This document shows positions 53,550 to 64,000 of a DNA stretch of 64,000 bases, piece by piece. The notes beneath the pieces are model-generated. The model was not told where the DNA came from. It ran no database searches and was given only the letters and a program-made list of their open reading frames with translations. This stretch comes from Glaucostegus cemiculus (lineage: Eukaryota): assembly GCA_976551045.1 (NCBI GenBank), contig CDPCPM010000418.1:3286001-3350000 (forward strand), written 5' to 3'. Made by a program: the position numbers and the translations under genes. How positions within the stretch are numbered: position 1 is the first letter of the stretch; each line of letters starts with the position of its first letter.

Positions 53550-53890
53550 CACAGTGGTACAGCAGTTAGTGCTACTACCTCGCAGTTCAGGGATCCAGGT
53601 TCAATCCTGACCTTGTGTGCTATCTATGTCCAGTTTTGCACATTTTGTCCATGACCATGAGAGTTTCCTCCAGATGTTCTGGTTTCCTCCTTCATCGAAA
53701 AGATGCACTAGTAAGTTAATTGGCTACTGCAGTGTAGGTTTACGGCAAGGTAAAACATAGGGGAATTGATAGGCATGTGTGAGAGAGAATAAATTGCAGG
53801 AGTACAGGGAAGTAAGGAGAGCAGGAATGGGACTAATAGGAATGCTCCCCTGGCAGGTGGCATGGACACAGTGGGCTGTATCACTATGAG
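53550..53890 (+). mobile_element. V-SINE (HE1-like)
   Basis: cacagtggtacagcagttagtgctactacctcgcag...caggttcaatcctg (A/B boxes), then gtttcctccagatgttctggtttcctcc. Confidence 0.8.
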
Positions 53891-54759
53891 ATATTCCACT
53901 ACAATTCTTGGTTAAACATTCAAACCTCCCTTTAAGTGTGTCATTCTGCTCAGCTTCAACCACTAGAATGTCAACAAGTTCCAGATTCTTAATACTGTCT
54001 GCTTATAGCATTCCCACCTAGATTTTTATTGATTGGTTACTGATTCATCCACAACATTCTATGAACAGCAAGTTATGTTTACATTGTGCTTTTAATGCAG
54101 TCAAATGCCCTAAGCTGCCTTACAGAATGGTAACAAATAAAACTCGATACAGAGGCTCATAAAGAGCTAATGGAACAGGTGGCCACAAGCTTGGTCAAAG
54201 AAGGATATTAAAGGAGGTTAGAGATGACAAGATTTGGGTAAGTTTTAGCTCAGTCTGAGAGATGCAACAGGAAGGGTGGTGGACTGATTGATTAGGGAAT
54301 GGAGAACACCATTAATGAAATTATTGGTAAATAAGAAAACCCTTCTGTCTCTGGTTAAGAACAAAGTCAGAAGGTATAGGGTTTGAAGTTATCTCCAGAC
54401 AGATCCAGTGAGTGAATATTGCTGCTAAGCTCAGAGTTGACCTCTAGTGGATACTGATGGATATGGAGAATGAGGGATCTCCACATCATACAGGAGCCCA
54501 TAAAACCCACCCATCATATGGAATTTGCCAGTCTACAAGCTGGTGTTAAGAAGTGTCCTTATCAGTGCCCAATAGACTTATAATTGTTCTGTGCAACCTT
54601 GTCACTTGATCCAAAAGTAGGGCATAAAGATAGGGAAATCATACCCACCAATTAAATAATGTTTCTCATTTGTGTATTCCTGATTGTGTTAATCATTGAA
54701 GAGAATGAATCTTGTCTCCTTTATGAATCAATTCAGATTTACATTGGTGGATAATGGGA

Positions 54760-55300
54760 TGACTAATGCCTTGGGGCTAAATCCTCATGAGAGTGTTTTG
54801 TCAGGTAGAATAGTGGGTTCATGTCTATAGATGGGGCTTTCAGTCATTATGTAAAATTGCACAGTGTTTATGTTATCAATAATCCAGAGACCTGGATTAA
54901 TAAACTGGAGTGCATGAGTTCTTATCATGGTGGATGGAACATTTAAATTCCAGTTAGCTGAATAAATAAATCTTGTCCATAAAGGTAGTATCAGTATAGT
55001 GACCATTACTCCCAGAGTTCAATAGAAACCTATACTTAAGTAGGGAAGAAAGTCTGCTATCCTTAGCTTGCAATGGGCCATTTGTGACTCCAGAATCACA
55101 AATAGTTTGGTTGGACCTGAACTGCCCTCTGAAATGATATAGCAAGCTACTCTTGCTATATAAAAACAGCTTGCTATCATGGGAATACTTTCATCTCATG
55201 GATAGCAGTAGTCAAAGAAACAGCACACCACAACCTTCTCAAGGGTAATTGGGGACAAGCAATATGTGCTGCCTTACCAGTAGTGCTCACATTCAGTAAA
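54760..55300 (+). mobile_element. tRNA-derived SINE with a LINE-like tail
   Basis: taatccagagacctgg...catgagttc...ttaaattc...tgtgactccaga...caccacaaccttctcaagggtaatt. Confidence 0.7.
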
Positions 55301-55379
55301 TTATTGTACTTTAATAATAATAAACAAATGTTTTTGGTCATTGTGAGAAGCTGGAGCTTTGCATCATTACCTACAGGGA

Positions 55380-56450
55380 GTTGGATCATTATTTACAGGA
55401 ATGGCTTAGGCCCACTGTCCACATGTGTGGCTTGGGGTTATTAACCACAAGTTATCTTGGGATCATTCGCCAAGGATGTGATTTAGGGTCATTATCCACA
55501 GATGTGGCTTGGGGGTCAAATCCATAGGTGTGTGGTTCTGAGGTTAATATACACAACAAAGGCTCAGGGCCATTATCCACAGATGTGGCTGGGGATCACC
55601 ATCCACAGGTGTGGCATGGGGTCATTATGCAAAAAATAAACTGCTAGAAGAACTTGGTGGATCAAGCAGTAACTGTGGAGGCAAATGGATGGTCGACTTT
55701 TTTGGGTTGAGATCTCATATCAAGACTGAAAGTGTAGAGGGAAGATGGCCAGTATTTAGAAGTGAGAGGGAGGGGTGAGACAGAGGCTGGTAGTTAATGG
55801 GTAGAACCAGATGAGGGGGAGTGTGTTTGATGGGTAGGTGGAGGAGGTGGAGGAGGAGAAAGGAAAGGTGAATCAAGGGAGGAGAAACCCGGGTGGGTGG
55901 GTGGGTAGGTATGTGGGTGGTGGTCAGAGGGAACCAAGTGGGGGAGAGTGATGTGTCATGGTAACAAGGGGCGAGGGATGGAAAAGGTGGACAAAGGGAG
56001 AGAGACCCTAGGTGGACTGGTAGGAGTAAGAAAGGAACACAGGGGGAGTGGGAACCTGAAATTGGAAAATTCAATGTTCGTGCCATTGGGCTGTGGGCTA
56101 CCCAAGCAGAATACGAGACACCGCCTTTGGGTTTGGGTGTGGCCTTGCAGCGGCAGTGGAGAAGGCCAAGGAAAGACAGGACGATGGTGGCCTGGGGTCA
56201 CTATCACCAGTTGTAGAATAGGGTCACCACCCACAGTTGTGGCCTGGCTCTTACGCACAGAAATGTTAGAGTCACCATCCATGGGGGTGGCTCTGTCATC
56301 ATTCTCAACAGATATGGCTTGGGTTCATATTTCACAGATGTGGAGCATGTTGTGGTCATTATGTACGTGTGTTGCTTGGGATAATTATAGACCTATGTGC
56401 TTCCAGTAATTATTCACACCTGTGGCAGGGTTATTTTCCGCAGGTGTCAC
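55380..56450. repeat. About 26-bp minisatellite (consensus near GGGTCATTATCCACAGATGTGGCTTG) split by a Penelope-like insertion
   Basis: About 10 units at 55383-55631 and further decayed units at about 56187-56450. Confidence 0.85.
55632..56185 (-). mobile_element. Penelope-like 3' fragment inserted into the minisatellite
   Basis: Minus ORF 55956-56282 contains RCLVFCLGSPQPNGTNIEFSNFR (GIY-YIG end). The reverse terminus reads aaactgctagaagaact. Confidence 0.8.
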
Positions 56451-56499
56451 CTGAGCTAAAAGTAGACAGTATTTTTTTTAAATACAGAATTAGTCAAAA

Positions 56500-57330
56500 G
56501 TAGGCACTCAGCCCTATTGGTCAATGTTTCTGTTAATATTGCACAAGTGACTCCTCTCACACAATTTCGTCACACTGAACCGTCACCTGGATCCCTCATT
56601 CAAGTATCCAGACTTCCCTTAACTGCATCAATAATACTAACATTCCACCTTCTCAGCAACTCAGCCCAAAGGAATTCTTGTGAATTCTCTATTTGACACG
56701 TTGGTGACTACCTTATATTTCACAGCTCTTGTCCTGAACTCATGCATAAGTGTAAACAAGTGCTCCACATTGGACCTATTTAACCTTTTCATCATTTTAA
56801 AGACCCCTCCTTAACTCTCTGACGTAGAGGAAGGGTTGGGGAATGGCAGAGATCAGGCAAGTAGAGGAAGAGGAAAAGTGAAAGCTCAGCCTTTCCTAGT
56901 AGTTGCATCCTTTCAGTTCCGCTAGCATCTTCCAAACTGTTATATTCACTTCCCCACTGCGCCAATGTGCTTTTTGAAATAAGATCAGAGCTGCATGGTG
57001 CACTCCACACATGGTCTAACCAAAATCCTTAAAAGTTTAACATTACATTCCCTTTGTGTTCCTTGTTTAGATTCTTTATGACCTTATTTACTTGTGTTGG
57101 TCTTTTTTGATGCTTTATGTATCGACATCCCAAGATATTTATGTGAACAATTTGCTTCTTTATTCCTCTTACCAAAATAAGCCTTCTCTTACTCTACCAG
57201 ATAGAACTTATTTTATCAATTATCAGCCCACTCTGTAAGTCTGTTTGTTGTGGCTTCCTGGACTTTATGGCAGGACACCACATTATTAACCATAGTCTCA
57301 GTATGGTGTCATCTGCACATTTCAACATCA
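56500..57330 (-). mobile_element. CR1 LINE fragment, decayed
   Basis: Minus ORF 57194-57421 contains LKCADDT (YADDT-like). Reverse CR1 motifs include cagagctgcatggtgcactccacacatggtctaacc. Confidence 0.6.
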
Positions 57331-57454
57331 ACCTCTGGAACGCATCAAAAAGAAAAAAAGTTAATGTTTTGGGTATGGGCCCTTCGTCTGAATTGAAGCT
57401 CTCACTCTCACATGCACACACACAGAATTATATCTCCTTCCAAAGACAAGTTCT

Positions 57455-57830
57455 AATTACATAGCACCTTCATGTAGTTAAACATCCTTTGGCACTTCAC
57501 TGAAGCACTATGAGACAAAAGTTGATAGCAGCCCAAAAGGGAGACATTAGTAAAACTTGCAGAGAATCTTTGACTTTTGGCTGCATCTTATGAAAAGTTT
57601 AAGGAGAGTATTCCAGCACAAGGGTTTGTCAACTGAAGGCAAGGTTACCATGGTGAAACTCTGAAAACTGAGATGATGCAAGAGACCAAGACAGGAGAAG
57701 TGCTGAGATCTCAGAGGAAGATACAAAGATAGGGCAAGACCATGCAGGGATCTGGAAATAAGAGTAAAAATTTTAAAACTGACTTGTTGTTAGACAAGGA
57801 GTCAGTATAGGACGGCTATAGGTGATGTTC
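57455..57830 (-). mobile_element. L2 3' fragment
   Basis: Reverse L2 tail catagcaccttcatgtagttaaacatcc...gggcaagaccatgcagggatctggaaataagagtaaaaattttaaa. Confidence 0.6.
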
Positions 57831-60369
57831 ATGGACACATATGAGTGTTATTTACTGTAGACACAAGTGTGCGTGGATGGGCACTTTGTGGCTCTACAAT
57901 GTCACTGTTGAACCTCAACTACCATACCAGAGTCATATATTTCACAAAGACAAATATCTGTACCGTCATGAAAAATCAGTTATAGACAGCAGGAGCACAG
58001 TGCATGAACACATGCGATAATGATTTAATGTTTACCTGAAGATGAGGCATCTTACTCCCTGGTTTTGATAGTTCAGCAGATGAAGGTTAATTTTATACTC
58101 AAGTGCAGGGTCAAGGGCTTTGGGAGTTAGTCTCCCATTTCTTAAACTGGGCTAAATCACCAATTAATTTGAACTTTTCCAATTATCTCAGGTTTCACTG
58201 TCCTCGGTGACAATAAAAGTTATTTAGAAACTTAAATCCCAACCCATTACTGAGTGGAAATAAATAAAATAAACCAGAATATCCAGAAGGTAATTCTGAG
58301 TCTGCTTTCTCCCCAGCCGACCAACCTCTCCTATCAACAACCACACTTCTCTAGACCAGCTGTGGAGCTTTCAACTGATATGTCAAATACTGTGCCAGAA
58401 CCTACTTGAGACATGCAACACAGCAAAATGCTCATTATCGAACAATAGAAAAACAGGTTGCACACACTTTGAACACCAAAAGAAGAGCTCCAAATCATTT
58501 AGTCAGTAAATGCAATTAAAATTGTGGCTTAAGCATGCAATTAAAACCTGTTAGTATAAAAAAATGAAAAGCTTGCACTTAAATAGGAGTTCTTCCTACC
58601 TCAAAACAACCTAACACACTTTTCAGTCAATGAATTATTTCAAAATACGATCATTTGTTGCAGTATAGGAATCGTGACCATTGATGTACACACAGCGAGC
58701 TACAAATAATCTGTTGTTGGTGACCATGGTTGACAGTGAAGGAAACTGGGCTCAAAATACCGAGTGTTCAATGTAATTGGAGTTACAGACTGAGCAAATA
58801 AACATCAGGTTCCAAAAAAATCTTTGACTGTAGTAAGCACGTCAGTCTCCCTCTGCTGTTGAACATTCCCATGTTTAATCGTGCAGTCGTGCTCCAGTCT
58901 CAGGCTCCAGTCTCAGGTTGCCTGACATTTCGGGTTGGCACATCTACCAGTCAGTTTAAGTTGGCAGATGAGGATCTACATTTAGTCACCACTGACTGCT
59001 AGGTTTCCAGCTACAGTCCATGTTGGTTTTCTTTTAAAAGTCTTTTTTAATAAAAGAACATGGTTTACTTCTTACCCTTCATCTATCCAGAGGTGTTCAA
59101 CGAACATGACAAAATCTAAGAACTAGGTGTTTCCTTTTTTGCAGGAGCTTTGGTGTTTCTCTTCCTCTCTCACAGCGAAAAGGAACAAAATAAAGCCTGC
59201 CTTCACTCTCACTTTCTGCTTCCCATTTCCTTTTATTCCCCTTTCCCAGTTTCACCTATCTCAACATGTGGCTTGCTCCAGATATACCAGGAGTATCATC
59301 CCCTGATGCAGAAACCTTGTCTGATCTCCAGTGTTTTGAGGGAGGTTATACTTTGAGGTTTAACATTCAGAACAAAAGAAAAAGTTGATGGGGATTAAAA
59401 GGGAAATGGTATTCTGCCTCTTTTAACCCACCTCTGTTTTCTCCCCTTTCTGCCAGGGCACTGGCTTGTGCAGATGTACACTGGGCTCCATGAATGTTGA
59501 AAACAAATGGGCCAAGGAGAATCTTACCTCACTTGGCTGTGGGGAAGCTAGCAGGTTGAGTGCAACTCACAAGGTAGTTTTGCCCTCTTTAGAAGCCAAC
59601 TGTGAGCAGTAGGTAAAATTTGCACCTGGTCCAATCTCATCAGGCTCCCCCAGAGTGCTAGCAGACTTTGACACCATGGGAGGACTTGCAAGTGAGCTTG
59701 TCCTTTCCTATAATGGCATCCACATTTTTCTTTCATCTGAGCTATTGACTGGGGGAGTGATGGAATGTGTGATCTCAGCTAACTTCATTCCCTGTGTAAC
59801 AATAGGTGTCTGATGGTTCGATGGGAACCACACTAAGAACATTGGAGCTTGAGGTTTGATGGACTTTGCAGGGGAGAGACAAGAAAGAGGCATCTCTGCC
59901 CTCACACTCAACATTCACACATATCAGCCTTCCATTAGAAATTAAGGAATGGCAATTAAGTGTGGAAACCCAAGCCAATTCTCTTTTGACTAGGAATGCT
60001 GGGCTAATTATCTCAGGCCAGCTAATTCAACAACAACTTTTGAAAAGTTGTAGCATGTTTAACCATAACTATCCCAATGTGTTTCACAACAGCTACAATA
60101 AAACAAAATTTTATACTGAAGCATAAGGAGGCTTTAGGATAAGATCATAGAGGTGGTTTTGAAGGAGCATCTTAAAAGGCGGAAGAAGAAGTGGAGGAGG
60201 AAGTTCAGAGCTGAGCCATGGCAGAAATGAATTTTGGGCACACTCTGGTCTGTGTGATTCATTGTTATAATTCATGTAGTCAATGAGAATGTTTTATATT
60301 CAAAATACTAAATTAAATTTAAAAAATAGACTGCATTGATTTGATGGGCTTTCATGTAACCAATGGCAG

Positions 60370-61090
60370 CTACAATAAAAACATACTTAGCAGGCCAGGT
60401 GACTCCTGTGAAGGGAGAGATAGAGTTAACATTTCAGATTGATGACCTTTCATTATACTGAGAAGTAGGAGGGTGGAGACAGCAATGGGAATGCCCATGG
60501 AGACTGAGAGAGGCTGAATAATACAAGTAATGCTGGTGCCAGCTGATCAGCAGGGCAGAGAGCATTTATATACTTCCAGCTGGTGACCTTTGATCAAAAT
60601 TGGCCCCTTCTGGCACAAACTGGAGAGGATAGTTATCTGAAATTATTGAATTCAAGTCCTGACAGTTGTAATGTACGAGGTTGGAAGACGAGATGCTATT
60701 CCTTGAGCTTACGGTCAGCTTTGTCGAAACAGTGTAAAAAGTCAAAGTCAGGAGTCAAAGCAGGATAGAGAATGAAAGTGACAGAAGGAAACAGGAGAAG
60801 GTGTTGGTGGAGATGAAGAATGAACCAGCGCATCATGGAGGGAAATGTTCCTTCAGAATTTTGAAAGAGGTGGGAAGGGAAAGATGTGTTTGGTGGTTGC
60901 ACTGCATTGAAGGTATCCAAAACCACAGATGACCATTGAATTGGAAACTGGTGGGGTGGGGTGGGGTGGAGGTTGAGGACAAGAGGAACTCTAGCCTTGG
61001 GCAGAATAGGAGAACAGCAGGTGAGTGAATCAATGCAGGAAATGGACAAGACTCTTGCATCTCCACAAGTGAACCCTGTCCCAAGAAACG
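60370..61090 (-). mobile_element. Penelope-like element fragment (RT-EN linker to pLTR)
   Basis: Minus ORFs contain KARVPLVLNLHPT...IQ... (Penelope RVPLVLTYHP motif). The reverse GIY-YIG end is at about 60630-60720 and the terminus at about 60370-60460. Confidence 0.8.
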
Positions 61091-61144
61091 AAAGGAGATG
61101 TTACTTTACCTTTTCCCTTTGAGCCACCCAGGGACCCCAAGTAC

Positions 61145-61280
61145 CAGCCAGTTCTGATGAAAGGTCAATACCTGAACTATAAACTCTGTTTTTCTCTCCA
61201 CAGGTACTGCATGACCTGCTGAATTTTTTTCCAAAGATCTCTGTTTTATTTCTATTTTCCACTATCTGCAGTATTTGCTC
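61145..61280 (+). mobile_element. Penelope-like pLTR terminus with a hammerhead-like core
   Basis: CTGATGA-A-AGGT-CAAT-ACCT-GAAC, then tttctctccacagg...tgacctgctga. Confidence 0.7.
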
Positions 61281-61674
61281 CGCTGCAGTATCCCACAGTC
61301 GCAGTTCTTATGGTTCTTTTATCTATCCTTTTTTTCTCTCTCCTCTTCGGTTTCATTCATCTCCTTTTATTTAAATCTGCTTTAGATAAGTCATCCGTGA
61401 TTACGAAGCCTTCACCACTGTTTCTCAGGCTCCAATACCCCTTGTGAAATTCAGTCTTTACCACCTCATGGCCAATTCCACATCTCTCCAACTTAAAGTA
61501 TGTTTGATTTCTAGTTTGGTCAGTTCAGATAACCTGAAACCTTAACTCTGGTTCCTTCTACACAATTTTTGCTTGACGATCTGATTACTTTCAACATCTT
61601 CCGTTTTTATTTCACAGTTCCAGCAGCTAGTTTCCCTGTCACATTATCTTGGTCACAGAAATATTACTGATTTA

Positions 61675-61990
61675 ATACATAGAGTCATACAGTATAGAAG
61701 AAGGTCCTTCAACCCACCATGTCCATGTTGACTATCATGTATCCATCTATACCAATTCCAGTTACCAGCATTTGCTCTGTAATCTTCAATGTCTTGGCAA
61801 TTCAAGTGCATATCTAGATACTTGTAAAATGTTTAAGTTAGAGTACCTGCCTCCACCACCCATTCAGGTGGTGCATTCTAGATTCCATTCCAGGTCCCAA
61901 TCACCCGCTGGAAGAAAAAAAAATTCTTCCTTGAATCCCATCTGAACTCTTACCCCTTACCCTATACTTATGCAGTCTAGATTTACTTAC
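61675..61990 (-). mobile_element. CR1 3' end
   Basis: catagagtcatacagtatagaagaaggtccttcaaccc...gtacctgcctccaccacc. Confidence 0.75.
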
Positions 61991-61999
61991 TTACTGCAG

Positions 62000-62715
62000 G
62001 ATAAACACCTGATAATCAGATACTAACTTGGTTTCAACAAACATGCCAGAATTTAATATTCAGCTAGTCTTTCTACAAGCAACCTGAACCCCTTCATTAG
62101 ATTTCAGCCTCAAACTTTTTCCTGTTATTCTTTATATAAACCAACAGGTTAGATGGTATCTTATGTCATTCCTAAAGTATCCATTAATCTCTATATATTC
62201 CATGTGAAATTTTTGATTAGATTCCAGCCTTTATCTCACAGAAAGTTTCTTCTACTCCCTGTAAAAATACACATAAATTCCTTGATTAAATTCAAGGCTG
62301 TAACTCTCTTTCAGCCATTTGTTGTTTGATGTGCATATGCACCATCTTAATTCCTCATTTAGAACTCATTCTTTGATTCTCTCTTAGGTTTCTGTTATTT
62401 TAGATATAACCCACTATGAAAAACTAGATTTAACTTGTTCCTGAATATCCACCTGAAGCCTTGATTAGATTCCAGCATTTAAACCACACTTAAATATTTG
62501 TTATTGTATGTATAAACCACTTGAACTTCCTGATTAGATTCCAACCTCTAACCAAAGTCTGGGTATGTTACTCAAAACAAAACATCTGAACACTCTTTTT
62601 TAAATTGGATTCCAGCCTATAAATTGCTCCCCTTTTACTTATTCCAAATATAAACCACCCAAATCCCTCAATAGGATTTCAGTCTTTAGCTCACACATGT
62701 AGCCATTATTCTTAT
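62000..62715. repeat. Degenerate tandem repeat, unit about 67-70 bp, reverse orientation relative to 37145-37465
   Basis: gattagattccagc-like cores at about 62096, 62215, 62284, 62463, 62532, 62603 and 62670, several preceded by tataaacca. Confidence 0.8.
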
Positions 62716-62896
62716 TAATTATGTTGGATGTATTTTTGTTCCTGTTTTTGGTCCAAAAATATACCAACCATCCTTTTTATTAAGTTTCACTGCCAAAACA
62801 AAACATCAATGATTCTACCAATTTCCTTGTCTGAATGGACCGGAAATCTTTTGGAAGCTTCTTCTTTATCATGGTGTATCTAATTGCTTCAAATAT

Positions 62897-63250
62897 TACA
62901 GCTGTGTAATTGTGTCAAGCTCTTCCCAAAATGGACATTTTCTTTTCTATATTTTTTCCGCTGCTAGGAGTATTTGCTCTATAGCGGTCCTTGAAGTCAA
63001 TCATTCTCGACTAGTTTTTCTTGCTCTTTGATTTGTAAGCATCTTTCATCAGACTCCATGTCATCTGTTAGTAGCTTGATAAAAGCTTCCTTGGAGTGAA
63101 AAAAAGGCAAAGTAATCCTCAGTCTGTTGCCATGACAGCAGACATCTTTTGCTTCCATTCAGCCAGTGGGTAAGGCCCTGCTGCTACTCCTGTGCTATGA
63201 ACCAAATCCTGCACGTTGATTAAATTAGTTTCCTCAGAAGTAAAAGTGTT
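62897..63250 (-). pseudogene. Decayed Myb/SANT-like (trihelix, MSANTD-type) DNA-binding protein coding remnant
   Basis: On the minus strand, in order and across frameshifts: TFTSEETNLI, EAFIKLLTDDMESDERCLQIKEQ, FKDRYRANTPSSGK, and KCPFWEELDTI (62940-62908). Confidence 0.6.
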
Positions 63251-64000
63251 AATTAAAGTATTAGTCTGGGCTGATTGATTCCTCAGAGTGAGGAGTTTCA
63301 GACCCCGTGTAATCTTTGACATGGTCACAAAACCCTGGCTTATTCGGCCTTTGTTATCAATTCAAATTAGTGCTAATAAATGTGTGAAAGTGGTTAAGTC
63401 AAGGCATGGTGGAACACAAATCCCTTTCCAAGGTCTTTGATATTTTTCTGCTAATATATTTTCCTAATTCCTTATCTTTCACTTCCTGGAGATCAAAATT
63501 TGTTGGAGGGCGGTTCTAGACAATTCATAAATGTGAAACACAGCTTCTCTTTCCAATTATATACTCCTCCAGGGTATCATCCCTGCCATTACCATGTTTA
63601 GCACAATCTCATAATTAAAAATGACTTTGCAACATCTTGTCAGTTGTAATCATTTTTTCTCCCTCTATCCTTCTCCTGAAGGCAACAACTCTTGGTTGGC
63701 ATATGATTCGTGGGCACCGGCCATCATCTGATATCTCCTACGCGTGTGAACCTTGGTGACACATTTCACCGCAGGCACCTCACAGTTAAGCCTCGATGAT
63801 AGGAAATAACTCAATGGCACACATTTTATTTTAACTTGTTTGCAAAATCTGGGATAGGTCATTTGTAAACCAAAATGCAATCCAACGTGAAGGTTTATGC
63901 ACCAATGACTAAAAATCCATGGTTATCTATAATAGGAAGAAGGACTTTGCATTTATGTCACATGTTGAACAGGCTTAGAACAAACAAAAGTTCTTCACAG

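Noticed and set aside
55492-55581. Two perfect bacterial DnaA boxes (TTATCCACA) at 55492 and 55573
   Set aside because: They are part of a eukaryotic minisatellite unit, with no bacterial context.
55380-55631. CRISPR-like periodic repeat
   Set aside because: The units are contiguous and degenerate, with no unique spacers and no cas genes.
63126-63139. RFX X-box-like GTTGCCATGACAGC
   Set aside because: An isolated motif inside the putative transposon remnant; function cannot be supported.
63300-64000. Possible retroviral env or transposase continuation at the window end
   Set aside because: Manual minus-strand translation gave no recognisable motifs.

Overview
Repeat-dense vertebrate genomic DNA, most consistent with an intron or intergenic stretch of a cartilaginous fish (shark or ray). 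That assignment is inferred from its CR1/L2/Rex1 LINEs, V-SINE, Deu-SINE and Penelope-like repeats. I found no intact, nameable protein-coding gene, rRNA, tRNA or CRISPR array; most ORF-track entries are spurious or are retroelement fragments. Supported features: a decayed two-LTR Gypsy element (1.1-3.8 kb), many LINE and SINE fragments, a young 5'-truncated Rex1/Babar LINE with a 7-bp target-site duplication (32.2-33.0 kb), a TA-flanked Tc1/mariner-type MITE (49.8-50.2 kb), Penelope-like fragments with GIY-YIG remnants and decayed hammerhead-ribozyme motifs, and several minisatellites. Most notable are a 163-bp multi-hairpin palindromic element at 45850-46012, a decayed Myb/SANT-like reading frame at about 62.9-63.25 kb that may pair with a very decayed Harbinger-like transposase at about 57.9-58.5 kb, and repeat-poor promoter- or first-exon-like islands near 26 kb and 30 kb. 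Family names come from motif recognition by eye, not database searches, and most repeat boundaries are approximate.
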